The notes under the pieces are model-generated. The model saw nothing but the letters and a program-made list of their open reading frames with translations. It made no database searches and had not been told where the DNA came from. From Candidatus Doudnabacteria bacterium (lineage in GTDB: Bacteria; Patescibacteriota; Doudnabacteria; UBA920; O2-02-FULL-48-8), in assembly GCA_039931165.1 (NCBI GenBank), contig JBDTSL010000004.1:21028-85027 (forward strand): 64,000 nt of DNA, given 5' to 3'. The position numbers and the translations under genes are program-made. Positions 38,234 through 48,875 of the stretch are shown here, in pieces; positions within the stretch are counted from its first letter, which is position 1; every line of letters starts with the position of its first letter.

Positions 38234-40231
38234 ATGCTTACAGAATCTTCGATATTTGGCCTGTCGATCTTTGCCGGCCTTGCCGCGATCGCCTACGGAT
38301 TGATCCTTACATACTGGGTTCTGCAAAAACCGGACGGAGATAAAAAAATGCAGGAAATCGCCTCCGCCATCCAGGAAGGCGCGACCGCCTATCTGACCCG
38401 CCAATACTCGACCGTGGCCGTGGTCGCCGTCATTCTGGCCGTGCTGATCTGGAAAATTTTGGGTGTGCACTCGGCGCTTGGATTCGTGCTGGGAGCTGTG
38501 GCTTCGGCAGGTGCCGGATTTACTGGGATGTTCGTAGCTGTGCGCGCCAATGTCCGGACTGCCCAAGCGGCCAGATCGGGGCTGAAAGAAGCTTTCTCGC
38601 TGGCTTTCAATGGAGGCGCAGTCACCGGATTGTTTGTGGTCGGTTTAGGTCTTTTGTCGGTCTCATTATTTTATCATTTTACGAATGATCTTAATTCCCT
38701 TGTCGGATTGGCGTTCGGAGCCAGCTTAATTTCGGTATTCGCCAGGCTTGGCGGCGGAATTTTCACAAAAGGCGCCGATGTCGGAGCTGACTTGGTAGGA
38801 AAAATAGAAGCCGGCATCCCCGAGGATGATCCTCGGAATCCGGCAGTGATCGCGGACAACGTCGGAGACAACGTCGGAGACGACGCCGGCATGGCCGCTG
38901 ACTTATTCGAAACCTATGCCGTGACCACGATCGCCGCCATGCTTTTGGGAAACATTATTTATAAAGACAACTCTCTTTTCATTCTCTACCCGTTGGCTCT
39001 CGGCTCGGTTGCGGTATTTGCGTCGATCATCGGCACTTTTTTCGTGCGCTTGGTGAACAAACAAATCATGACCGCACTTTACAAAGGCTTGATCGTTTCA
39101 GCAATTTTGTCCGCTATCGGGTTTTATTGGGTGACGAAAAGCCTGTTTATCCCTTTTTTCGGCGTCGGCTTATTTTACTCCTCTTTGGTAGGATTGGGCG
39201 TGACAGCCGCCATGGTCATTATCACCGAATACTACACCTCAAAAAAATTTAAACCAGTCCAATCTATCGCCCAGGCCTCAACCACCGGGCACGGGACGAA
39301 TATCATTACCGGGCTTGCCGTATCAATGCAGGCAACCGCGCTTCCGGTGCTGACAATCATTGCTGGCATTTTGCTTTCATATCACTTTGCGGAAATCTAT
39401 GGCACTGCCATTGCCACGGTTTCGATGTTGTCCATGGCAGGGATCATCGTGGCCATCGACGCTTTTGGTCCCATCACGGACAACGCCGGAGGCATTGCCG
39501 AAATGGCCGGGCTTCCGGATTCAGTACGGCAGTCAACCGATGCGCTGGATGCGGTTGGCAACACAACGAAAGCGGTAACCAAAGGATATGCCATAGCATC
39601 CGCCGGACTTGCCGCTGTGGTGTTATTTGCCTCATACACCCATGAACTTGCCGGCTTGGGCAGGAACCTGACCTTTGATCTGTCGGACACAAAGGTGCTG
39701 GCCGGGTTGCTTATTGGCGCTGCCCTTCCATATCTGTTCGCTTCCATGGCCATGCAGGCTGTTGGCAAGGCCGGACATGCCGTAGTGGAAGAAGTCCGGA
39801 GGCAGTTCAAAGAAATTCCGGGAATTATGGCTGGCACCGCTAAACCGGATTATGCGCGGGCTGTGGATATCGTGACCAAAGCTGCCATTAGAGAAATGGT
39901 TTTACCGGCACTGCTTCCGGTCGTGGTTCCGATTCTGGTTGGTATAATCCCGTTTCTGGGCGCCAAAGCCTTGGGCGGAGTTTTAGTCGGCTCGATCATC
40001 ACGGGCTTGTTTGTAGCCATTTCCATGACTTCGGGCGGAGCGGCCTGGGATAACGCCAAAAAATTCATCGAAGAAGGCCACTATGGCGGCAAAAAATCCT
40101 TGGCCCACCAGGCCGCAGTGACCGGCGACACGGTCGGCGATCCTTATAAAGACACAGCGGGTCCCGCCATAAATCCAATGATAAAAATAATTAATATCGT
40201 AGCGCTGCTGATCATCAGTTTTCTCGCCTAG
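38234..40231 (+). CDS. hppA: Membrane-bound pyrophosphatase (K+-independent type, H+-translocating by inference)
   Basis: [49 protein letters not shown]. Confidence 0.93.
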   Translation: MLTESSIFGLSIFAGLAAIAYGLILTYWVLQKPDGDKKMQEIASAIQEGATAYLTRQYSTVAVVAVILAVLIWKILGVHSALGFVLGAVASAGAGFTGMFVAVRANVRTAQAARSGLKEAFSLAFNGGAVTGLFVVGLGLLSVSLFYHFTNDLNSLVGLAFGASLISVFARLGGGIFTKGADVGADLVGKIEAGIPEDDPRNPAVIADNVGDNVGDDAGMAADLFETYAVTTIAAMLLGNIIYKDNSLFILYPLALGSVAVFASIIGTFFVRLVNKQIMTALYKGLIVSAILSAIGFYWVTKSLFIPFFGVGLFYSSLVGLGVTAAMVIITEYYTSKKFKPVQSIAQASTTGHGTNIITGLAVSMQATALPVLTIIAGILLSYHFAEIYGTAIATVSMLSMAGIIVAIDAFGPITDNAGGIAEMAGLPDSVRQSTDALDAVGNTTKAVTKGYAIASAGLAAVVLFASYTHELAGLGRNLTFDLSDTKVLAGLLIGAALPYLFASMAMQAVGKAGHAVVEEVRRQFKEIPGIMAGTAKPDYARAVDIVTKAAIREMVLPALLPVVVPILVGIIPFLGAKALGGVLVGSIITGLFVAISMTSGGAAWDNAKKFIEEGHYGGKKSLAHQAAVTGDTVGDPYKDTAGPAINPMIKIINIVALLIISFLA

Positions 40232-40329
40232 CTTGACCATAAAAACAAACCGGATTTTGAAAAGTCTGGTTTTTGTTTTATAATTAAGACAATTGTTTTG
40301 CTTCTTTCCGTCAACCCAAAGGAGGGCCA

Positions 40330-40785
40330 ATGGACACGAGCAGCTCTTCGGCCAAAAAGTCGTCCGTTCCCGTTCGGCCCGAAAGTTCGTGGGAGGACCC
40401 GGCAATTTCTACTGAATCTCGGGTCATCGACGAGGATGCTATTTCCCGCTTCTCCGCGGCGGTCGGCGAAGACAATCAGATCCACTTCTCGGACAGAGCC
40501 GCCCAGGAAGCTGGGTTCCTCCGAAGAGTGGCGCCCGGCAAACTGGTGGAGAGCATCGGCGTCGATCTGATCCGCAGGTCACTCAATTCTCACAGCCGCT
40601 ACCCGATTCTGCTCGAGGATTGCTGGCGGCTACTGGCCCCGGTCTATATCGGAGATGAGATCTTTCTCAGGTACACATACCGCAACAAGCTCGGTGTGTG
40701 CGTGATCGGTGGCGAAATTTACGCCATCAGGGCAGACCAAGAAGTGCGCGTAGCTTCGGGATCGATCAAGGCCAAGTGCCCGTAG
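40330..40785 (+). CDS. MaoC-like hot-dog fold protein
   Basis: FSAAVGEDNQIH..AGF..VAPG, PVYIGD; GGAGG SD. Confidence 0.7.
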   Translation: MDTSSSSAKKSSVPVRPESSWEDPAISTESRVIDEDAISRFSAAVGEDNQIHFSDRAAQEAGFLRRVAPGKLVESIGVDLIRRSLNSHSRYPILLEDCWRLLAPVYIGDEIFLRYTYRNKLGVCVIGGEIYAIRADQEVRVASGSIKAKCP

Positions 40786-40858
40786 TTGTTGCGATGACGC
40801 TAGAAGAGGCTGACAAGCCAAAAACTTGTCTACCTCTCTTTTTTTTAATCATGCCCAA

Positions 40859-41941
40859 TTAAAAAACCTTGTCTATAACCCCGCCGCCTAAAAGTTCTTC
40901 GCTGTTGTAAATCACCGAGGATTGGCCTGGAGTTATCGCCCGTTGTGCCTGTTCAAAAACGACTTCAAGTTTGTTACCGGTTTTTTGTTTGATATTTGCC
41001 TGAAATTCCGGATGATGATACCTGATAGAAACCCCTGTTCTGGTAGGAAAATCGGGGGTTTGTCCCACCCAGGAAAGGTCAGTAACGGAAAATGTATTTT
41101 TCCAAAGATCTGCGTCAGTTTTGTTGTTCGTGACTACCAATCGATTGCCCTCAAAATCTTTTCTGGTCACATAATAAGGACCTTGGCCTCCCAGATTCAT
41201 GCCTTCTCTTTGGCCGATAGTATAATACGGCAACCCGTCATGAACACCCAAAACCTGTCCGTTGGCTGTCATAATCTCTCCTGCTTTGGTTTTAATATGA
41301 GCTTTTAAAAACTCGGTGACATTGATCTTGCCGATAAAGCAAATTCCCTGTGAATCTTTTTTAGCCGCATTAGGCAAATCGAATTTCTTTGCCAATGCTC
41401 TCACTTCCGATTTCGCCATGTGCCCGATTGGAAACAGGATTTTTTCCAGCTGATGCTGTTTTAATGTATATAAAAAATAGCTTTGGTCCTTGGCCGGGTC
41501 AATGCCTTTCAACAAATGATAACTGTTATCCGATTTCTGATATCTGACTCGCGCATAATGACCGGTAGCCACGAAATCTGCGCCTAACCGCAAGGCCTTT
41601 TCCAAAAAAACCTTGAATTTTATTTCGGTATTGCACATCACATCCGGATTAGGAGTGCGTCCGGCGGAATATTCCCGCAAAAAATACTCGACGACTTTAT
41701 CGTAGTATTCGTTTTCAAAATTCCAGACGTAAAAAGGAATATTCAGCAATTGGGCCACCTTGCGCGCGTCCTCCGAATCTTCGGCCCATGAGCAGCCAAA
41801 ATCGCCGAAATCCTCGCTCCAATTTTTCATATACACGCCAATAACATCAAAGCCTTGCTGTTTGAGCAAAGCAGCTGTAACTGAAGAATCCACACCGCCG
41901 GACATGCCGACAACAACAGTTTTTTTCTTTGAATTAAGCAT
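40859..41941 (-). CDS. mnmA: tRNA 2-thiouridylase
   Basis: GMSGGVDS, TPNPDVMCN, ATGHY, KDQSYFL, SQGICF, ITPGQ. Confidence 0.96.
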   Translation of the reverse strand: MLNSKKKTVVVGMSGGVDSSVTAALLKQQGFDVIGVYMKNWSEDFGDFGCSWAEDSEDARKVAQLLNIPFYVWNFENEYYDKVVEYFLREYSAGRTPNPDVMCNTEIKFKVFLEKALRLGADFVATGHYARVRYQKSDNSYHLLKGIDPAKDQSYFLYTLKQHQLEKILFPIGHMAKSEVRALAKKFDLPNAAKKDSQGICFIGKINVTEFLKAHIKTKAGEIMTANGQVLGVHDGLPYYTIGQREGMNLGGQGPYYVTRKDFEGNRLVVTNNKTDADLWKNTFSVTDLSWVGQTPDFPTRTGVSIRYHHPEFQANIKQKTGNKLEVVFEQAQRAITPGQSSVIYNSEELLGGGVIDKVF

Positions 41942-41992
41942 AGCGAATATCATAGCAAATTTATAGCCAATTGTAACTCTTACGTTTTTGTT

Positions 41993-43831
41993 TCAATCGA
42001 ATTGGATTTTATCGCCGGGTTTGAGCGTTCCCTGCTTTTGTTCCGGTTCGGCGGGTTTGGTTTCTTCGGTTTTGATTACCGGGGGCGCCGGTTGAATCCG
42101 CGGCTGCTGTTCGGGTACTTGCTTTTTTGAAGCATCTTTACCGAGCGAAAGTGCCAGAGAACTGCTTAAATCCTCCAGAGCCGAAGTGGCTTTCCCAACT
42201 CTCTCGGTAATCTTTTCCGCCGCCAGCTTATTCACAGTTTCCCAAACCGGGTTTTGCGCGGGTTTTTTATCCGCCATTCTTCTGCCCGAATTATTTTCCG
42301 ACTGCTGTGCCGGCCTCCGTTCGGGTCTCCTGGTTTCCTGTCTGCGCGGCTGTTCAGACTGGCTGATCCTGGGGGCAGAAGGCACCGGCCTTTCAGAACG
42401 AGTAGCCGGAGCCGGAAGCGCTTGGTTGACTTGGACAGGAGGAGAAATAACCGCCGGACGGTCCTGGTAGCGTAAACTTTCTTGCAGCTCTTCTTGCTCA
42501 ACAGCGCCGCTCTCTGACGCAGCGGCTTGAGCGTGAAATTCCGAACCCATCCACTTGTTGATCTTCTCTTCCACTCCTTCCCGTTTGTTCGCATAGCGTT
42601 CCCTGGAAATACTGACAACTTTTTCTTCGTTGCCGGTGATCTCCGCGATTGGCGGCAGAGTTGTCGCAGAAAAAGGTGTCGATGAAACTCCGTTGATCAT
42701 CAGCTTCAAATAAACGTGATATTTGGTCAGATTGACCAGATCGTTCAGCAGATACGTCGGGTCGAATTCCTTTTCCAAAAATTCGGCGTCGTCAGCCCCG
42801 GTGCGGAAGCAAATCAATGTTCCGACGTTGCCGAAGATCGCATCCCTGACAACAGTATTTTTTTTATCCGTGACCAGCTGGCCGATGTACTGATGGGCCA
42901 CGATCAAATTCAGCCGGTATTTCCGGGCTTCGGACAGAATGTTTGCGAAAGATTCGGTGGCAAAGTTCTGGAACTCGTCCACATACAGATAAAAATCCTC
43001 CCGTTCTTCCTCAGGAATATCCACGCGGCTCATGGCCGCAAGCTGTAGCTTGGTAATGATCATGGCGCCCAGCAAAGCCGAATTGTCCTCGCCGATCCTG
43101 CCTTTCGACAGGTTGATCAGGAAAATTTTCTTGTTATCCATGATCTCCCGCAGATCAATGGAGCTTTTCGTTTGGCCCACAATGTTGCGGATAATGGCGG
43201 ATGATAAAAATTGCCCGACCTTGTTTTGAATAGGCGCGATGGCCTCGTTTCGGAATTTGTCGTTGTAATTGGCGAACTCATCCACCCAAAACGATTTGAC
43301 CACGGGATCTTTGATATTATCCACAATCCTTTTCCGATAGGTTTTGTTGACCAGCATCCGAGCGATTCCGAGCAAAGTATTGCCTGGCGAATCAAGCAGG
43401 GCCAGAATCGTGTTGTTCAGAATATACTCCATTCGCGCCGACCAGACTCCGGCCCAGATCTTCGTGAACACGCCCATCAGTCCTGATGCCACCAAATGTT
43501 TATATTTCGGGTCTACTGATTCCAAAGGGTTAAAAGCAATGGGAAAATCGCTGTCCGCGGGATTCAGATAGACTACGTCATTAACCCGGTTGGACGGGAT
43601 GTAGTTGAGGATCTTTTCCACGGAGTCGCCATGCGGATCTACAAAAGCAACCCCATGCCCATCCTGAATGTCCTGGATGACCATATTTTCGATGAGGGTG
43701 GTTTTGCCCATCCCGGTTTTGCCGATGATATACATGTGGCGCCTGCGGTCATCCCGGCGGATACCGAAAGACACATCCCGGTTCCGGAAATTGGTTTTTG
43801 CGAACAGTGTTATGTCATTATCAGAGGCCAT
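41993..43831 (-). CDS. VirD4/TrwB-like coupling ATPase with a low-complexity C-terminal tail
   Basis: HMYIIGKTGMGKT Walker A, DPHGD, LYVDEFQNF Walker B, SEARKY, AHQY. Confidence 0.85.
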   Translation of the reverse strand: MASDNDITLFAKTNFRNRDVSFGIRRDDRRRHMYIIGKTGMGKTTLIENMVIQDIQDGHGVAFVDPHGDSVEKILNYIPSNRVNDVVYLNPADSDFPIAFNPLESVDPKYKHLVASGLMGVFTKIWAGVWSARMEYILNNTILALLDSPGNTLLGIARMLVNKTYRKRIVDNIKDPVVKSFWVDEFANYNDKFRNEAIAPIQNKVGQFLSSAIIRNIVGQTKSSIDLREIMDNKKIFLINLSKGRIGEDNSALLGAMIITKLQLAAMSRVDIPEEEREDFYLYVDEFQNFATESFANILSEARKYRLNLIVAHQYIGQLVTDKKNTVVRDAIFGNVGTLICFRTGADDAEFLEKEFDPTYLLNDLVNLTKYHVYLKLMINGVSSTPFSATTLPPIAEITGNEEKVVSISRERYANKREGVEEKINKWMGSEFHAQAAASESGAVEQEELQESLRYQDRPAVISPPVQVNQALPAPATRSERPVPSAPRISQSEQPRRQETRRPERRPAQQSENNSGRRMADKKPAQNPVWETVNKLAAEKITERVGKATSALEDLSSSLALSLGKDASKKQVPEQQPRIQPAPPVIKTEETKPAEPEQKQGTLKPGDKIQFD

Positions 43832-43921
43832 AGAATTTAGAATTTAGAATATAGAATATAGAATATAGAATATAGAATATAAAATTTAGAATAAAGTCCA
43901 AATTCCAAATTCCATATTCTA
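43831..43921. repeat. Heptamer tandem array (TAGAATW x9) with inverted tail
   Basis: tagaatt x2, tagaata x5, taaaatt, tagaata, then aaattcc aaattcc atattct. Confidence 0.9.
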
Positions 43922-45244
43922 CCTAATCGGCAGATCCATCGGCGGCGCCGATTTGACTGTCTGAACTCTCTCCAGCTGCGAAATCCTGGTATGCGGGACC
44001 TGCGGGAAGTGAAAAATACTCGCCAGCTCTTCGGTGTTCATGATGACCTTGCCTACGCCCTGCCAACTGCTGCGCGTTAAAATCCAATGCAGTATGTGCC
44101 GCCTGCGTTTCAACTTTTGATTTTCAATATATGGCCGCTCCAGCCTTTCGGAAATATGAAACGAAGGGCCTTCGGTCCAGCTGTGGCCTATATCGGGCTT
44201 CATGCCGTTGAGGTTAACATCATCAAAATTGCGGAAAGCTCCGACAATTTCCGGGATCCTCAAAGATTTGTTGATTTTTCCTTTGGGCGCCAGATAAAAA
44301 GTTCTGATACGGACTTCGTATCCGATTTTTGAAGCAGCATGTTCAATGGCGTTTATCGCCAGCTTTTCATTATCGGTTTTGTGAAGCATCAGGCTCGGCG
44401 GTTCTTCCTGCACTCGGGATGCTGGCGCATGCTCTTCAGCAGGCCCGGCAACAATGCCGACCAAAATTTTGGCGATCAGGTCAGGGACAAAATGAACAAT
44501 TTTCAGTAGCCAGTCATCCCCGTGCTTTTCCGGCACACCTTTCAGCTTTTCCACAAGATGTTTAGTGTGATTTTTCCAGGAATCATCAATGGGCTTGATG
44601 ACCAGCTGGAATAACAGCAATTCGTAAGGCTGGATATTACTCATGACCTCTATGACATTTGAAAGCGGATCGATAAATGTTTCCTGGGCGCCGTGCTCAT
44701 AAGACGAATCCTGCAGATATGTCCGGATCGGGTAAGCATTATCCTTCTTTTTCAGCCACTCCGTGCCCCAAAATTCAAAGTCCGCGTGTTCCGGATCATA
44801 ATGATGGGGCAGATTGCGCAGATAATCCTCGATTTCGCGGATCTCAGCCTTGGCGTATTGGGCAAACACCGCGCTTTCCAATAAATTCCGGAAACGGGTA
44901 GGAATTCTGAAAATATAAGAAACTTTGCCGCCCAGGCTGACAATTTCGCACGAAACAGATAAAACGGTTTTTCCGGACAACTGCTCGCCCCAGCTGTAGT
45001 TTGTATGTATCGCGTGCAGCGCCGCGAAGATCTGCTCCATAGCCAGCGGCGACTTTTCGTTCAGCTCATCGATCTTCACTTCCAAAAGAACCCATTCGAT
45101 CGAATTAGCGTACTTAATGCGGTTCGCGTCCCGCTTCAACCACCAGAGCATCCAGACCAGAAACACCAAAAAAACGGTCCACCCATACCCGCTGATCAAA
45201 ACAATGTCAACCAAATAATGAAAATAATCGCTAAGAAACGACAT
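43919..45244 (-). CDS. Membrane-anchored hypothetical protein partnered with the coupling ATPase
   Basis: N-terminal TM, MEQIFAALH, YPIRTY, EELASIFHFP; same operon. Confidence 0.7.
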   Translation of the reverse strand: MSFLSDYFHYLVDIVLISGYGWTVFLVFLVWMLWWLKRDANRIKYANSIEWVLLEVKIDELNEKSPLAMEQIFAALHAIHTNYSWGEQLSGKTVLSVSCEIVSLGGKVSYIFRIPTRFRNLLESAVFAQYAKAEIREIEDYLRNLPHHYDPEHADFEFWGTEWLKKKDNAYPIRTYLQDSSYEHGAQETFIDPLSNVIEVMSNIQPYELLLFQLVIKPIDDSWKNHTKHLVEKLKGVPEKHGDDWLLKIVHFVPDLIAKILVGIVAGPAEEHAPASRVQEEPPSLMLHKTDNEKLAINAIEHAASKIGYEVRIRTFYLAPKGKINKSLRIPEIVGAFRNFDDVNLNGMKPDIGHSWTEGPSFHISERLERPYIENQKLKRRRHILHWILTRSSWQGVGKVIMNTEELASIFHFPQVPHTRISQLERVQTVKSAPPMDLPIR

Positions 45245-46376
45245 CGGTTGATTCCTCCGTTGCTAAAGCAAATTTATCTTTTCCGACTTTTTGAAAATGT
45301 TTGCGGTTGGAAAGCCCTACCAGGATCGTGTTTCTTTTCACCTGGCGCCGCTTCATGACCTCGGCTATGATTTCTTCCCGGCCAATGGGCCTGTTGAAAG
45401 ATTTCAATATTTCACGGATCACATCCGCAACCACGCCTTTTTTGTATCCCCACTCCGACAGCGCGTAAATGCCGCGGCCGATCAGCACAAACCGGGTGTC
45501 CTTGATCAGCTCATTATGGACAGTTTCCTGATAAGCGACCCGGTCGTCGAATTTATTATCGTTGATAAGTTTAGTGATCGCCGAATAGTGCTCCGGCTTT
45601 CCGTGATGCTTCATTACCAGATAAGCCTTATCCCCTACGTCGCGGGGTTTGACTTCACTCCAATGCCGCAGCCCGATCTCGCTGAACGGATTGATTTGGA
45701 TGATCTTGGACACTCCGAGATAGCTGTGCAGGATATTATCATTAAATTCCAATTCGTGCTCCTTGAAATACGCCGTCTGCCTGAATTTTTGGTATAAAGC
45801 ATCCTGGCTTAAGACATGCTTGTCAGATTCGAGGATAGCCGTAAATTCCTTCACCACCTTCTCAAGTTTGGAGAAGTCAAAGCCCAAAATATACCATGAC
45901 TCAAAGTACTCCCCGGAATCGTGAAGGTTTTTAAACTGCTCTCCCATGCATAAGAGAAACTTGACCGCATTCAGTTCATTGTTGTCCGATTTGCTGATCA
46001 GAGTAGTCTGCATCAAAGAATCCTCGCTCATGATGCTTCCGTGCTCGACGATCGTATCGAAGATCAGCTGCAGGGCTTTTTCCAGAGGAGGAAAATGCTG
46101 TTGTTTTAATAAATTCAAGGAATCTTTTTCGATCTGGCGAACTCGCTCCCGGGTCAAATTATTTTTTTTTCCGATCGACTCCAGTGTTTCGATCTCTTTG
46201 CCGGACAAGCCAAACCGCTTGCTTAAAATCTCCCGATCCCGTTCTTTCAAGCGCGACAAAAGATCATTGACCAAAACTATAGGCTGAAAATCGTTCAGAC
46301 TGGTTTGGGTCTGACTGCCCATGATCTGGTCGAGAATGTTTGAATTGCTCTGATTGTTCAACTCTTCAGAAGCCAT
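45231..46376 (-). CDS. Sigma70 region-4 HTH + RNAP-delta/HARE-HTH-like protein
   Basis: REILSKRFGL..TLESIG..LTRERVRQIE; TVHNELIKDTRFVLIGRGIYALSEWG. Confidence 0.75.
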   Translation of the reverse strand: MASEELNNQSNSNILDQIMGSQTQTSLNDFQPIVLVNDLLSRLKERDREILSKRFGLSGKEIETLESIGKKNNLTRERVRQIEKDSLNLLKQQHFPPLEKALQLIFDTIVEHGSIMSEDSLMQTTLISKSDNNELNAVKFLLCMGEQFKNLHDSGEYFESWYILGFDFSKLEKVVKEFTAILESDKHVLSQDALYQKFRQTAYFKEHELEFNDNILHSYLGVSKIIQINPFSEIGLRHWSEVKPRDVGDKAYLVMKHHGKPEHYSAITKLINDNKFDDRVAYQETVHNELIKDTRFVLIGRGIYALSEWGYKKGVVADVIREILKSFNRPIGREEIIAEVMKRRQVKRNTILVGLSNRKHFQKVGKDKFALATEESTDVVS

Positions 46377-46580
46377 AAAATTAAATCAATAATAGTATAG
46401 CACAAATTTTCATTTCTGTCAAGAGCCTTGACGAAAATTCTAACCTTTCAGATAGTATATTTATGAAAAATCAGGATTTTAAGCCCGCGCGCGAAGTTTT
46501 GGAGAAATTACATAAAGAGCCGGATACTGGCCAGAATTCACCAAAACCCGAAAACCAAGAACCAAAATATGTAACAAAAA

Positions 46581-47483
46581 TTAAGCCGAACGTTTTCTCA
46601 ATTCCCAATTATGCCAGACGATCAGGATCGGGCTGGCTATGAAGATGGAAGAGTAAGTTCCTGCCACAATGCCGATCAGCAAGGCAAGCACAAAGTAATG
46701 AATACTCTCCCCGCCGAACAGGAACAAGGACAAAAGGACAAAAATAACCGTAAGCGAAGTGTTAAGAGAGCGCACCAAGGTCTGATTGATGCTGTTATTG
46801 ATAATTTCCGACAGGGACGAACCGGCGCGGACGCGCAAATTTTCTCTGATCCGGTCAAAGACTACGATCGTATCGTGAACCGAAAATCCCAAAACCGTCA
46901 TCATGGCCGTCACAAACAGGCTGTCGACCTCGATGCCTTTGAAGTGTCCCAGAATGGAAAATGCTCCAAGGACAATGAGCAGGTCGTGAAGCAAAGCCAC
47001 AACCGCCGCGATGCCGAAACGCCAGGATGAGACCGGTTTGGAAACTTTTCTGAAAGCGTAAGCAATATAGAAAATAATTCCCAAAGAAACCAGGATCAGC
47101 TGGACAAAAGCCTGTGAACGCAATTCTTTGCCTATCACCGGGCCGATGGATGTGAATTGCTGTTCGATGACTGGGCCGAATTTATCGGACAAGGCCTTCA
47201 TTAATTTGGCATGTTCGGCCTGTTCCTGAGGGCCGGTGCGGATGATGACTTCATTGTTGCCGGCTGGCTGGATCTGAGCGCCTGTAAACCCGCTAGCAGA
47301 CAGGACTGTTTGAATTTCGCTTGCCTGCGGAGCGGCTTTGTTAAATTGAATCTGGGTCAAGGCTCCTCCGGTAAAATCAATGCCTGGTTTCAGCTTGAAA
47401 CTGACCAGAGAAACGATGCCGGCAACCAAAAGCAGGCCGGAGACCAGAAACCAGAATTTGTAATACTTCATTATGTTAAGCAT
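46581..47483 (-). CDS. secF: Protein translocase subunit SecF
   Basis: GIDFTGG, IGPVIG, ALLHD, GFSVHDTIVVFDRIRE, GTYSSIFIA. Confidence 0.96.
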   Translation of the reverse strand: MLNIMKYYKFWFLVSGLLLVAGIVSLVSFKLKPGIDFTGGALTQIQFNKAAPQASEIQTVLSASGFTGAQIQPAGNNEVIIRTGPQEQAEHAKLMKALSDKFGPVIEQQFTSIGPVIGKELRSQAFVQLILVSLGIIFYIAYAFRKVSKPVSSWRFGIAAVVALLHDLLIVLGAFSILGHFKGIEVDSLFVTAMMTVLGFSVHDTIVVFDRIRENLRVRAGSSLSEIINNSINQTLVRSLNTSLTVIFVLLSLFLFGGESIHYFVLALLIGIVAGTYSSIFIASPILIVWHNWELRKRSA

Positions 47484-48828
47484 TTGATTTCTCCTCGATC
47501 ATTGTCCTGACCCCGTACAAACCGTGCCTGACCAGAATATTATGCCCGACTAGCATCCGCAGAAATGTCCTGGTCACCGTGATGGCGGTGAACATCGAAA
47601 CAATAATGCCCAAAGCCAGAGTAATGGCAAATCCTCGGATAATGCTTGAGCCAAAATAATACAAAATCAATGTGGTGATCAAGCTTGAAAAATTGGAATC
47701 GCGGACAGACAGCCAAGCCCGGTTAAATCCGTCTTCCACAGCCAGACGCAGGGTTTTGCCTTTGCGCAATTCCTCTTTCATGCGCTCAAAAATCAAAATA
47801 TTGGCGTCCACCGCCATACCGATCGAAAGAATAAATCCTGCGATGCCGGCCAAAGTCAGAGTGATGCCGAATAATTTGAAAATTGCCAAGGTCAAAATGG
47901 TATAAACCGCCAAGGCTAAGACAGCGAGAACTCCTGGCAAACGATAATAAATGATCATGAACAGCGCCACGATCGCAAACCCGATCAAACCCGCGGCCAC
48001 GGACTTCCGGACCGACTGCAGTCCCAGAGTGGCGCCTACGTTTTGCTGGGAGACCAGTTTGATCGGCACAGGCAATGCTCCGGCGTTGAGCCGGGTCACC
48101 AAATCCTTGGCTTCAGCAACCGTGAACTGGCCGGTGATCACGGCTTGGCCGTCGGTGATGGGCGTATTAACGGTCGGCGAGGATAAAATCTGACCATCGA
48201 GAAAAATGGCGATTCTTTTTCCCACGTTACGGGTCGTAATGTCGGAAAATAATTTAGTGCCTTCGGCGTCAAATTGAAGGGAGACTTGCGGCAGGCCGGT
48301 CCGCTGGTCAAACTCCAGAGTGGCTCTCTTGAATTGCTTGCCGGAAAGCCCGGTGGCCTTGAATGCGTCGTCAGCGGACAAGGTTACTTGGCCGTTTTTG
48401 TCAGGCGTGACATTCGGCGGATTCGGATTCTCTTCTCGGAATTCCAGAAAAGGGGTTTGCCCGATCAGGGCAATCGCTTGATTTATATCCTTCACTCCGG
48501 GTAATTCGACGATCAGACGGTTGCTGCCCGAGACCTGAACCAGAGGTTCCGATACGCCAATGGCGTTCACTCGGCGTTCAATAACGTCGCGAGCGGAACT
48601 CATGGCATCACCCTGAACCTCGGACGGGATGTTCTTCAGGTCTCCCTCGTACACCAGATGCGTGCCACCCTGCAGATCAAGGCCCAGTTTCAGGCTGAAC
48701 TGCTGGTCGTAGTTGATTTTAAACCGTTTGAGATTGATCTTGCTTCCGGCAGGAATGTCTAAATAAACCGCGCCCGCGGCCAGAAGCAAAATGGCTAAAA
48801 AAGTTAAATAAAGTCTTCGCTTTGACAT
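47476..48828 (-). CDS. secD: Protein translocase subunit SecD
   Basis: LGLDLQGG, GVSEP, GALPVP, GMAVDANILIFER. Confidence 0.96.
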   Translation of the reverse strand: MSKRRLYLTFLAILLLAAGAVYLDIPAGSKINLKRFKINYDQQFSLKLGLDLQGGTHLVYEGDLKNIPSEVQGDAMSSARDVIERRVNAIGVSEPLVQVSGSNRLIVELPGVKDINQAIALIGQTPFLEFREENPNPPNVTPDKNGQVTLSADDAFKATGLSGKQFKRATLEFDQRTGLPQVSLQFDAEGTKLFSDITTRNVGKRIAIFLDGQILSSPTVNTPITDGQAVITGQFTVAEAKDLVTRLNAGALPVPIKLVSQQNVGATLGLQSVRKSVAAGLIGFAIVALFMIIYYRLPGVLAVLALAVYTILTLAIFKLFGITLTLAGIAGFILSIGMAVDANILIFERMKEELRKGKTLRLAVEDGFNRAWLSVRDSNFSSLITTLILYYFGSSIIRGFAITLALGIIVSMFTAITVTRTFLRMLVGHNILVRHGLYGVRTMIEEKSNA

Positions 48829-48875
48829 AAAAAAAGAGGTAATTCCTCAAAAGGGATTATAATAAATATTTAAAA

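Noticed and set aside
43831-43921. Possible CRISPR array
   Set aside because: The 7-bp tandem units have no spacers and there are no cas genes in the window.
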